IMG/VR virus record: IMGVR_UViG_3300035562_000039
Coordinates: 1-52,980 of that record
Source: a virus
Lineage: Duplodnaviria; Caudoviricetes
Reading direction: 5' to 3' (one strand)
Length of the DNA: 52,980 bases
The translations under genes and the position numbers were made by a program. Positions 17,850 through 25,768 of the stretch are shown here, piece by piece (position 1 is the stretch's first letter; the number at the start of each line of letters is the position of its first letter). The notes beneath the pieces were generated by a model. It was not told the origin of the DNA and did not search any database. It saw nothing but the letters and a program-made list of their open reading frames with translations.

Positions 17850-18194
17850 ATGGATAAGCTACACGAAGAGAGCCGGAAGCAGTTTGAATACGAAGCTGGT
17901 AAAGCTCTATGTCTTCCAATATCAATAATTGAGTTAGCTCGCAAAGGCGATGGCTATGAGCATGCATTCGACAGTATGAGTATTATGCAACCGTTAAATG
18001 GGTGGTGGCATTGGTGGCAGGCCAGCCGAGCGTGCATCGTGGTTGATATCGATTGGCCAGAAGTAAATGATAACCACTGGAAAGACGGAGAGGAAGGTGC
18101 TTACGCGCAAGGTTATGAGGTCGGTAAGGATTTAACCACCATCAAAGTTCGTCAGGCCATCCGCTCTATCGGCCTCTCAATCAAAGGGGAGTGA
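17850..18194 (+). CDS. Hypothetical nin-region protein
   Basis: ESRKQFE...WQASR...AIRSIGLSIKGE pattern. Confidence 0.7.
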   Translation: MDKLHEESRKQFEYEAGKALCLPISIIELARKGDGYEHAFDSMSIMQPLNGWWHWWQASRACIVVDIDWPEVNDNHWKDGEEGAYAQGYEVGKDLTTIKVRQAIRSIGLSIKGE

Positions 18195-18382
18195 TGATGA
18201 AAGTTAAATTTAACTTTTTTGACGGAACAAGTTCAGAAATTGATGAAATTCAAAAAGGTAGCGTGGTTTTGCTTCCTGATGGAACTGGGTCGTATTTTCT
18301 TGAATCTGGATTTATTCAATATCACTTTTCAAATGTTAAAAGCTTTGATCATATCGATCCGCAAAGAGGCGCTAATCCATGA
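18191..18382 (+). CDS. Hypothetical protein
   Basis: Overlapping starts/stops. Confidence 0.55.
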   Translation: MMMKVKFNFFDGTSSEIDEIQKGSVVLLPDGTGSYFLESGFIQYHFSNVKSFDHIDPQRGANP

Positions 18383-18822
18383 GCAAACAGGTCTTCTACC
18401 TAAGAAGCCCACAGATACGCCAGAACCTGAAAACCCACATCGACAGTCTCCCGCTAAATCCAGAAAAACCACTCGCAGTAACCATCCAAGAGCCAACCAG
18501 AAGCCTTGACCAAAACGCCAAGCTTTGGGCAACCCTGCGCGACATCAGCGAACAGGTCGTTTGGTATGGCCGGGAAATGGACTCTGAGTGTTGGAAGCAT
18601 GTTTTTAGTGCCGCGCTGAAGAAGCAGGTAACAGTTCCTGGCATAGACGGCGGCTTTGTCGTTCTGGGGCAATCAACAAGCAAGATGAGAGTTGGCGAAA
18701 TGCGCGACCTAATCGAGCTTATCAACGCATTTGGTGCTGAGCATGGAGTGCAATTCAGCGATGAATCACGGCTTGCTATCGAGTGGGCATCTCGGTATGG
18801 CGACAAACCAAAGGTGGCTTAA
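18379..18822 (+). CDS. ninB: NinB (Orf) recombination protein
   Basis: TRSLDQNAKLWA.L.DIS.QV.W.G...STSKMRV.EM..LIE. Confidence 0.93.
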   Translation: MSKQVFYLRSPQIRQNLKTHIDSLPLNPEKPLAVTIQEPTRSLDQNAKLWATLRDISEQVVWYGREMDSECWKHVFSAALKKQVTVPGIDGGFVVLGQSTSKMRVGEMRDLIELINAFGAEHGVQFSDESRLAIEWASRYGDKPKVA

Positions 18823-18823
18823 C

Positions 18824-19189
18824 ATGGCCAAATCTAAAGAGTGGACATCTTCAGAAATCGAATACCTCACAATTAATTATCCCAAAGCAGAAACCAAGAA
18901 CCTCGCCATTGATATGGGGCGCTCTCAGTCGTCCATATCGAGCAAGGCGACCAGGCTAGGGCTTTTAAAAGAAGTCGGTCTGGCATATCAAATCCATTTG
19001 AAAAATGGCACGACAACATTACGCGTGGCTCATAGGCCGAATACCTACGCCAAAGAGCGCGGAATAGTTTATGTGAAATCGCTAACCGGGCATCCTTCCC
19101 TGGATTGCTACCGGAAGGTCAGTCAAGTCTATCGCATGGATTTGTTGCTAAGGAAGGTTGCACACCAAATCAGCCGGAGCGCAGCATGA
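18824..19189 (+). CDS. Myb-like HTH protein
   Basis: WTSSEIEYL..NYP...LA..MGRS..SI..KA.RLGL. Confidence 0.65.
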   Translation: MAKSKEWTSSEIEYLTINYPKAETKNLAIDMGRSQSSISSKATRLGLLKEVGLAYQIHLKNGTTTLRVAHRPNTYAKERGIVYVKSLTGHPSLDCYRKVSQVYRMDLLLRKVAHQISRSAA

Positions 19190-19365
19190 GAATCTTAACC
19201 ATCATATTAGCCTTAATATTCATCGCATACATCTTCATCGCAGGCCGATTCTACGAGAGCTACACCAAAGACTCACCATCCATGACCATTATCAAAAACC
19301 TGCTACTCAGCCTCGCATGGCCGGGTAATGCCGTTCTTTATCTGCTTATGAGGTGCGTGAAATGA
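19186..19365 (+). CDS. Small membrane protein
   Basis: Hydrophobic, SLAWP motif, ATGA overlaps. Confidence 0.6.
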   Translation: MRILTIILALIFIAYIFIAGRFYESYTKDSPSMTIIKNLLLSLAWPGNAVLYLLMRCVK

Positions 19366-19545
19366 CAATTACGATTATCGCATGGGTTATGTTTTGGTTT
19401 TATTGGGCCCTTCGTGGAAACTTTCAAGGCGACATCAAAATTCAAGATGACCAATGGTGATTTTTACACGCACTGGATACGTGCATGGATAGCTCACGGC
19501 TGGGTTCCCGCGCTGACTGTTTATTACTGCATTAAGTATCTATGA
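19362..19545 (+). pseudogene. Small membrane-protein gene with apparent +1 frameshift near 19385
   Basis: MTITIIAW continues in the +1 frame as LCFGFIGPFVE...YCIKYL*, ending in an ATGA overlap. Confidence 0.45.
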
Positions 19546-19635
19546 GCAATTACCCCATGTGGTCTAGATTCCGCTACTGGCGATTATGGATAGGTTTCGA
19601 ACCGGCATTTTACAAAATAAAAGGCGAGGTTAGAG

Positions 19636-19797
19636 ATGGCTTGCGTAACAGTAAACATGAGCGTTGCAGTAGCTTGCGTTAATGGCTGCGGTCGAATTCT
19701 TGGCGACGGTGAAACCTACATCTGCCAGCAGTGCAACGATGAGATAGATCGCCGAGCAGACGAAACCCTGGGGAATGCGGAGAATGAAGATGATTAA
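19636..19797 (+). CDS. NinF-like zinc-ribbon protein (not in track)
   Basis: CVNGCGRIL..GETYICQQC; GAGG RBS. Confidence 0.6.
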   Translation: MACVTVNMSVAVACVNGCGRILGDGETYICQQCNDEIDRRADETLGNAENEDD

Positions 19798-19969
19798 GTT
19801 TTTATTCATCGCTTACGCAATAACCATCGCATTCATTGGCTCTAAAAATGTCGGAATGATGATTTTTGGGTTGATGATTTACTTCTCGATGTGCGTGGTA
19901 CTGCTCATGGAAGCCAGCAGGCGCCACAGGGCTTTCGAAAAAAGAATAAGGGAGAAGATTAATGGCTAA
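19784..19969 (+). CDS. Small two-TM protein
   Basis: Hydrophobic ORF overlapping the ninG start. Confidence 0.55.
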   Translation: MKMIKFLFIAYAITIAFIGSKNVGMMIFGLMIYFSMCVVLLMEASRRHRAFEKRIREKING

Positions 19970-20540
19970 AGGCAAACAGCCGAAGCCAAAGACCTGTCGA
20001 ATTTGCAAAACCCAATACACCCCCCGAAGTACCCTCCAAAAAGTATGTAGTCCATCTTGTGCAATAACACTCGTAAAGCGCAATTCAGAGCTTCAACAAA
20101 AGCAATCTGAGGCATCTGTACGTCGTGAGTGGAACAAACGCAAAGCTGATGTTAAGCCGCTCAGTCACTGGATGAACATGACTCAGCGAGCCTTTAACGA
20201 CTACATACGTGCCAGGGACGAGGGTAATGGTTGCATAAGCTGCGGCAGCACAACGGCAACGGAATATCACGCAGGGCACTACAGAACGACGGCGGCGGCC
20301 AGTCATCTCCGGTTCAACGAAGACGGGTGCCATCTACAGTGTGCATCCTGCAACGTTCATCACTCAGGAGCGATTACTCAGTACCGCATCAACCTGATAT
20401 CGAAAATCGGGCTTGAGCGCGTCTTGGCGCTTGAAAACGACAACACCCCTCACCGATACACCCGCGAAGAGCTAGACAGCATCAGAAAGCTTTACAGAGC
20501 GAAATTGAGAGAGCTTAAAAAACTATCGGAGGCAGCGTGA
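19962..20540 (+). CDS. ninG: NinG (Rap) endonuclease
   Basis: CRIC...VCSPSCA, FNDYIRARD...CISCG...HAGHYR...CN.H.SG. Confidence 0.95.
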   Translation: MAKGKQPKPKTCRICKTQYTPRSTLQKVCSPSCAITLVKRNSELQQKQSEASVRREWNKRKADVKPLSHWMNMTQRAFNDYIRARDEGNGCISCGSTTATEYHAGHYRTTAAASHLRFNEDGCHLQCASCNVHHSGAITQYRINLISKIGLERVLALENDNTPHRYTREELDSIRKLYRAKLRELKKLSEAA

Positions 20541-20722
20541 TAATCCAGACAATCCCAGACCTGCTAGTGACCACCCGAGGAAACATGTCCGAAGTTGCCC
20601 GGAAGCTGCAATGCCAGCGCCAGACAGTGGCTAACTACGCCAGAGACTTCAAAGCCGAGTTTCATTGCATTGTAAATGGAATCCTTATGACCAAGACAAA
20701 GCAGAAGGGGAGCAGAGCATGA
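20537..20722 (+). CDS. ninH: NinH
   Basis: TIPDLL..TRGN.SEVARKL.C.R.TV..YARD....HCIVNG.LM. Confidence 0.9.
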   Translation: MIIQTIPDLLVTTRGNMSEVARKLQCQRQTVANYARDFKAEFHCIVNGILMTKTKQKGSRA

Positions 20723-21564
20723 GAATGGAAAGTACGTTGAGATATTTTTTCGCGAAAACTTCAACGATAAGCGACTCTCCACGCACAACGGCATCTGATG
20801 ATTTGACCTGTACCGACATCATGGCAGCATTTGGGTTGGCAGACTCAAGGGCTGGTTTCGGTTTCGATCTTTTCTTGGCAAAGCATGGCATCAGTAATCC
20901 AGATCGCGCTATAGAGAGTCTTTATCAATTCGCTTTAACTCGGGTTAGCAAGTCGCAATCAATTTCAAACCTCGCAGATGATATTAAACACATCGTTCTG
21001 CAAACACTCGCAACTTTCGCATTCCAGGATTACGCAAGGTCAGCCGCCAGCGTTCGCCCATGTGACTGCTGTAATGGGGAAGGTTTCCTTGATGCGGAAG
21101 TTTTTGCCAACAAAGTCCACATGCCATTCCCTGCTAAAGAGATTGTAAAAGCCTCGTTAAGCTGGGGCGTAAAAGGATTCAAGCCTTCTGAATACGAGAT
21201 TCATAGGGAGCTTAGAGAGAAGGTAAGAGTGCTTTGCCCAACCTGCAAAGGCAAAAAGGTGCTGAGCAATGCCTGCCGGTGTCATGGGAAGGGAAAGATT
21301 TTGGATAAAGATGCAACGGAAGAACAGGCTGGCATCCCAGTTTACAAGGACTGCGACAAATGCGATGCGCGCGGTTATTCGAGACTTAAGTTTTCAGCAG
21401 TTATGGCGGCTCTTAACCAGCAAAACTCAGGGATAGGTAAGACGTTTGCTTATGATCACCTTCAGCCATTCATGGAATTGCTAGTAACTCAATGCCACAA
21501 AGAAGAGTCAATTGCCGAAGCAATGCTTAATGCTGTGACTAAAGGAGAAATAATTGCTGCATAA
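20719..21564 (+). CDS. Q: Late antiterminator Q (Zn-finger type)
   Basis: MRMES.LRYF..K...ISDSPR.TASD.LT.TD.MAA.G, DYARSAAS, CxxCxGxG repeats; precedes PR'. Confidence 0.88.
   Translation: MRMESTLRYFFAKTSTISDSPRTTASDDLTCTDIMAAFGLADSRAGFGFDLFLAKHGISNPDRAIESLYQFALTRVSKSQSISNLADDIKHIVLQTLATFAFQDYARSAASVRPCDCCNGEGFLDAEVFANKVHMPFPAKEIVKASLSWGVKGFKPSEYEIHRELREKVRVLCPTCKGKKVLSNACRCHGKGKILDKDATEEQAGIPVYKDCDKCDARGYSRLKFSAVMAALNQQNSGIGKTFAYDHLQPFMELLVTQCHKEESIAEAMLNAVTKGEIIAA
20981..21013 (-). promoter_or_regulatory. PaQ-like CII-activated antisense promoter in Q
   Basis: TTGC-GAGTGT-TTGC then 13 nt to TAATAT. Confidence 0.7.
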
Positions 21565-21588
21565 AATGCACATGATAGAAAATAGTTC

Positions 21589-21617
21589 TTGAACTTCGCG
21601 GAAAAATGGACTAGATT
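21589..21617 (+). promoter_or_regulatory. Late promoter PR'
   Basis: TTGAAC-17-TAGATT just after Q. Confidence 0.65.
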
Positions 21618-21685
21618 TTACTCTAAGAATGGGTTAATTCGTTCTTAAGGCATTTAAAGTCTACGGACGTCTACCAAAGTACATT

Positions 21686-21714
21686 AAGCCCTGGCTATAA
21701 ACGCCGGGGCTTTT
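21686..21714 (+). terminator. tR' terminator
   Basis: AAGCCCTGGC-loop-GCCGGGGCTTTT. Confidence 0.8.
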
Positions 21715-21798
21715 CCGTAAATGACTCCAGGAAAGACTGGCGTAAACGGTGATGCGTTGAGTCCGTGTGCAGGCACGGATAATCCGGCTAAAAGCTGC

Positions 21799-22083
21799 GA
21801 CAGCTTGGATAGACAAGCACACAACAGGTAAGACACTGACACGAACACCTCAGCGACCCTAGCGCTTGCGAGTTAGCTATCGAGATTAAGTTGTGATCTG
21901 AGGCGGTAGAAGTCCGAAGCACGTAGCGCATAACGCATATGTTCAGTGTCTTTCCGTTGTGGTGAAGCGGGATAAGGCCCGATTCGGAAGATAGATATTT
22001 CGCAGTGGAACTGACCAATCGATGAGTAAGGGCAAATCTGAGTCAGTGGCGCGTCCCCTTAAAGCGAAATCCAAAATCACAAC
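21799..22083 (+). ncRNA. Candidate structured RNA cassette in the late leader
   Basis: Hairpin, then long stem 21820-21839/21943-21961; alternative stem 21956-21963/22076-22083; no convincing ORF. Confidence 0.4.
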
Positions 22084-22509
22084 CCCTTTTAAATAAGCAT
22101 CTATCCCACGCCGACACCTTCGGCATTCCCACCCACTGCCACCATCGGCACCGTGGGGCGCATTCTTGCGTCTGATGCTTATCCTATTCGCCCGAGAGTG
22201 GCCACTATCCAAGAGCCTATGCAGCCACTTAAAGGCAACCAAACTTAGCCCGCGCCAATATCAGTCAGACGCCCTCAAAAACACTCCTTGTCAGCTCCGT
22301 GACTACGGCGTGAGGCTAACCAATTCGTGAAGATGGGCTACCGATAGCAGTCTCACCTGCTACCGGTCATCCCGCCCATGACTCTCATCATGAGCAGAAC
22401 CAAGGCCCAGCCCGTCCGCGCGGACTGGATCAACATAGTCGCTGCTTACAACAACCACAACTAGAACAAGCTCAAAGCTTGATCGGCAGCGCCTTCTGGG
22501 GCTAAGCGA

Positions 22510-22770
22510 ATGACGATGCAGGAAAAAACAACTCAACTTTCTTACTGGTTATCAATTGTGCTAATTGCCCTAGGGAAGTTCGGAACATGGCTTGCCAGTC
22601 TCGACTGGAACCGGATAGCGGTTGTGATCGGTGTCTTGCTCGGTATCGCGACATACATCACAAACGTTTATTACCAGCGAAGACAGGCCCGAGAATACCG
22701 CCGGGCGCTTGAGCTTTACGAGCAAGCCGTGATGAGTGGCAAAGCCGTAACGATGCCGCCAAAGCAATGA
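22510..22770 (+). CDS. Holin-like protein 1 (class II, phage 21 S/HP1-like)
   Basis: Two TMs, W..IAV.IG..LGIATY.TN.YY.RR, basic tail, M-T-M start. Confidence 0.78.
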   Translation: MTMQEKTTQLSYWLSIVLIALGKFGTWLASLDWNRIAVVIGVLLGIATYITNVYYQRRQAREYRRALELYEQAVMSGKAVTMPPKQ

Positions 22771-23027
22771 ACAATCGAATCATCTTCGCGATCATTTCTG
22801 GGCTAATGGCTCTGTCTCGAAGTCTCTATCAAGGCAGCGGATATAAAAAATTCATACCGGACGTCATCGGATGCGCGCTTCTTTCGTACTGGATTGATGA
22901 CTGGTTATCACTACTCAATATCGACTCCACTTACTCGGCGATCGGCAGCTTAGTTATCGGCCTGCTGGGTATCGGCTTTATCCGTTACATCCTCACTCGT
23001 TTCATCAGCGCCAAGCTGAAGGGGTAA
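22767..23027 (+). CDS. Holin-like protein 2 (lambda S family)
   Basis: MA..R..YQG.G.KK...D...CA.L...I.D.L..L......IG.LG...IR....RF...K.G aligns by eye with lambda S. Confidence 0.75.
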   Translation: MNNRIIFAIISGLMALSRSLYQGSGYKKFIPDVIGCALLSYWIDDWLSLLNIDSTYSAIGSLVIGLLGIGFIRYILTRFISAKLKG

Positions 23028-23029
23028 TC

Positions 23030-23659
23030 ATGAACCAAGATCAATTTCGCAAAGCTGCAAATATATCTGCGGCATTAGCGCAGCGCTGGTTTTTGCACAT
23101 GCAAGCAGCGATGACTGAATTTGGCATTGATACCCCACTGCGTCAGTCCGGATTTATCTCTCAAATTTTCGTTGAGTCAGGTGGATTCCAGCATCTAGAA
23201 GAAAGCCTGAATTATTCAATTGCCGGGCTGGCTATTTTCGGATCAAGACTGACTATGGCACAGCGTGAACAATTGGGTCGAAAGGTTGGTGAATCGGCAC
23301 TATCTCCCGCAAGGCAAGCCGCTATCGCTAACCTTGTCTATGGCGGACGCTATGGCAACAACCTCATTAATGACGGTTGGCTATATCGGGGGAGAGGGTT
23401 AAAGCAGGTCACATTCAAATCAAATTACATTGCCTGTGGAAAGGTTTTGAACCTGCCACTAGAAGAGCATCCTGAACTATTATCCGCCGATGAAAACGCA
23501 GCCCGTTCTGCGGGGTGGTTCTGGAAAGCCAATGGCTGTAATGCCTATGCAGATATCAGAGATGTTGTTGGGCTAACCCGAAAAATCAATGGTGGTTCGA
23601 ATGGGCTATCTGAGCGTCAAGTGGCATTTAAGCACGCCTCGGGGGTTCTATGCGTTTAG
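23030..23659 (+). CDS. GH19 (chitinase-like) endolysin
   Basis: Q..VESGGF..LEE.LNYS, YRGRGLKQVT..NY, AARSAGWFW, INGG.NGL..R. Confidence 0.93.
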   Translation: MNQDQFRKAANISAALAQRWFLHMQAAMTEFGIDTPLRQSGFISQIFVESGGFQHLEESLNYSIAGLAIFGSRLTMAQREQLGRKVGESALSPARQAAIANLVYGGRYGNNLINDGWLYRGRGLKQVTFKSNYIACGKVLNLPLEEHPELLSADENAARSAGWFWKANGCNAYADIRDVVGLTRKINGGSNGLSERQVAFKHASGVLCV

Positions 23660-23865
23660 TCGATGATTGGCGTAAGGCTTGGAAATACTTTTCTGTTCAA
23701 GCGCTGGCATTAGCAAGCGCCATTAGTTTTGGTTGGGCCACATACGGTGACGTCATTAAACAATATATACCAGAGCGTTACATGCCTTGGGTTATTACCG
23801 TGGTTGCTCTGGCAGGTATTGCTGGTCGCTTGGTAGATCAGCCATCAACGGACAAACCACAATGA
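23650..23865 (+). CDS. Holin-like protein 3 (two TM)
   Basis: MRLVDDWRKAWK.FSVQA...GRLVDQ pattern; overlaps the endolysin and Rz genes. Confidence 0.65.
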   Translation: MRLVDDWRKAWKYFSVQALALASAISFGWATYGDVIKQYIPERYMPWVITVVALAGIAGRLVDQPSTDKPQ

Positions 23866-24383
23866 TCGCCGTATGGGAAATGATTAAAACATACTGGAAG
23901 TTGGCTCTCTTGCTCGTCGCATTTGGCCTCGGTTGGTATGTGGAAGGCTTGCGCTGGAGCAAAGACGTTGAAGCTATCAATCTTGCTCACACGCAAGAAA
24001 TGAAAGCTATCAGTGATGCGTCAGCAAAACAGGCAGCGGACGCTCTGACTAAACAACAGGCATTAGAGCAGCAATATGCAGCTTTAGATGCCAAATACCA
24101 GGGTGATCTAAAAAATGCCAAAGCTGAAAACGATAATCTGCAGCGGGCTGTTAAGTCTGGCGCTCTCAAGTTGCGCGTCAAAGCCAAGTGTCCAGTCAAT
24201 GGCGGTGTCGTGTCCAAAACCGCAGCCGGCAGCAGCGTGGGTGATGGAATCACCGTCGAACTCGATCCAACTGCTGGATCAAACATTCTCGATATCCGCG
24301 CCGGAATCCTCAGCGACCAAGCAAAACTGAAATACTTCCAAGACAAAGAACGTATAGACCAACTCATCTTCAACTCAAAATAA
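23862..24383 (+). CDS. Rz: Rz-like i-spanin
   Basis: N-terminal TM, coiled coil, ALDAKY..DL.NAK.END.L....G..KLRVKAKC. Confidence 0.9.
   Translation: MIAVWEMIKTYWKLALLLVAFGLGWYVEGLRWSKDVEAINLAHTQEMKAISDASAKQAADALTKQQALEQQYAALDAKYQGDLKNAKAENDNLQRAVKSGALKLRVKAKCPVNGGVVSKTAAGSSVGDGITVELDPTAGSNILDIRAGILSDQAKLKYFQDKERIDQLIFNSK
24115..24330 (+). CDS. Rz1: Rz1-like o-spanin lipoprotein embedded in Rz
   Basis: +1 frame; lipobox LSSC; CPKP.PAAAWVM. Confidence 0.88.
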   Translation: MPKLKTIICSGLLSLALSSCASKPSVQSMAVSCPKPQPAAAWVMESPSNSIQLLDQTFSISAPESSATKQN

Positions 24384-24491
24384 TAAAAAGGGCATCCCAT
24401 GTGGTGCAAAAGAGAAGAGTATGAGCGGTCATTAGTAAGCCCGCAGCTATCCCATATGCGGGCACTATCAAAGCCATTTCGAGGATTCACC

Positions 24492-24713
24492 ATGACAGAC
24501 GATATCAAAACTGTAGTAGCCGATGTTGCGGCCGCTGCTCCCGTAGTAGCTGAAACCATTGCGGTAGTAACACCGGTCGTTGCAGAAGCAAAAGCGGATG
24601 TAGTCGACACTGAAAGCTTTCTTGCCAAGCTGAAGGACGAACTCGTTTCCCTCGGTCATGACGTCGAAGGCGTATGGGATGAGCTGGTAGCCAAAGTTAA
24701 AGGGTTACTGTGA
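24492..24713 (+). CDS. Small acidic Ala/Val-rich protein
   Basis: GAGGA RBS before MTDDIK. Confidence 0.7.
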   Translation: MTDDIKTVVADVAAAAPVVAETIAVVTPVVAEAKADVVDTESFLAKLKDELVSLGHDVEGVWDELVAKVKGLL

Positions 24714-24725
24714 TTGTTTCAGGCT

Positions 24726-24775
24726 ATTACACCCTATAGGGCGTAATCACCAATTTACACCCTATAGCGAGTAAA
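24726..24775. repeat. Two tandem 22-bp imperfect palindromes
   Basis: ATTACACCCTATAGGGCGTAAT and TTTACACCCTATAGCGAGTAAA. Confidence 0.7.
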
Positions 24776-25106
24776 CGAAGTGGGTAACAACGGGACTGTC
24801 TCCTTAGTAAATCCCGCATCGGTGTCAGAGCTAAGCTACCTGACCGTCAGCTCCACGAAACGGAGCACGCAACAATATGAATATTCCAAAGCCGGAGCTA
24901 CCTGTCGCGGGTCAGATGATATGCGTCGAGTGTTCATTTTGTTGTGAAGTAATCCAGCCAAAGAAGTAATCACCCCAGCGCGTCGCAGCGCTTATCAAAC
25001 CCGAGTCTTTCAGAAAGCTGAGCCTGAGAACTGCCGTAAGTGGTGGCGACCATCTCGGGGCGGCCTTTCTGTGCGAACAGGCTCATCTTTCTAAAAGGCA
25101 ATCGCT

Positions 25107-25619
25107 ATGAAATATCCAACCGTTGCAGTAAATGGCGTATCCGTTCGTGTTGACGAAGATGGACGTTATAACCTGAATGATCTGCATGCCGCAGCCGTAG
25201 CAGAAGGCAACGCCACGGAATCTCAGCGGCCAGGTGAGTTCCTCAAAACCAAGCAAGTTCAACGGTTTGTTCGCGCATTAAGCGATGCGAAGAAAGTCGC
25301 ATCGGTATTAACCATCAAGGGCGGCCCTCTTCAAGGTTCGTGGGGATTGGAGTTGATCGCCATTCGTTACGCTGCATGGCTGAATCCACTGTTTGAAATT
25401 AAGGTATACGAAACATTTCAGATGCTGATGCGCCGCGGATATGACGCCATGTCCCGCCTTAATAAGTTGGATAACATTATCAATGGTGAAACGAAAGAGG
25501 TTGGCCAGTGCGCAAGCAGGATGGCTAAGTGGGGCGTTGGTGGGCGCAAGCAGTTGCTGCACGTTGCCAGAGACCGAATGCTAACGGAAGTGCAGATGTA
25601 TTTGCCAGGGATTGAATGA
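25107..25619 (+). CDS. KilA-N domain protein
   Basis: VRVDEDGRYNLNDLH.AA...RP..FL...IRYAAWL.P.FEIKVY. Confidence 0.9.
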   Translation: MKYPTVAVNGVSVRVDEDGRYNLNDLHAAAVAEGNATESQRPGEFLKTKQVQRFVRALSDAKKVASVLTIKGGPLQGSWGLELIAIRYAAWLNPLFEIKVYETFQMLMRRGYDAMSRLNKLDNIINGETKEVGQCASRMAKWGVGGRKQLLHVARDRMLTEVQMYLPGIE

Positions 25620-25768
25620 CTCTAAAGATGGCTTCTCTCACGGGGAGGTGATCGGCCTGAACCTGGGCCATATCTTGACATGCCGGAAAGACGGAAGTGG
25701 TTTAGCCATGCTGTGAAGCATCGCGACTACTGCGCACCATTCAGATAATCACCCTCCAGAGAGATATC

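Noticed and set aside
21968-22072. Hammerhead-like arrangement (GATGAG...stem...GAAA)
   Set aside because: Lacks the CUGANGA core, and stems I and II do not join the core correctly
21788-22242. Minus-strand ORFs in the late leader
   Set aside because: No recognisable motifs or RBS; the region is dominated by plus-strand RNA stems
21565-22509. tRNA genes expected downstream of Q
   Set aside because: No cloverleaf or T-loop consensus seen by eye; tRNAscan-SE would confirm
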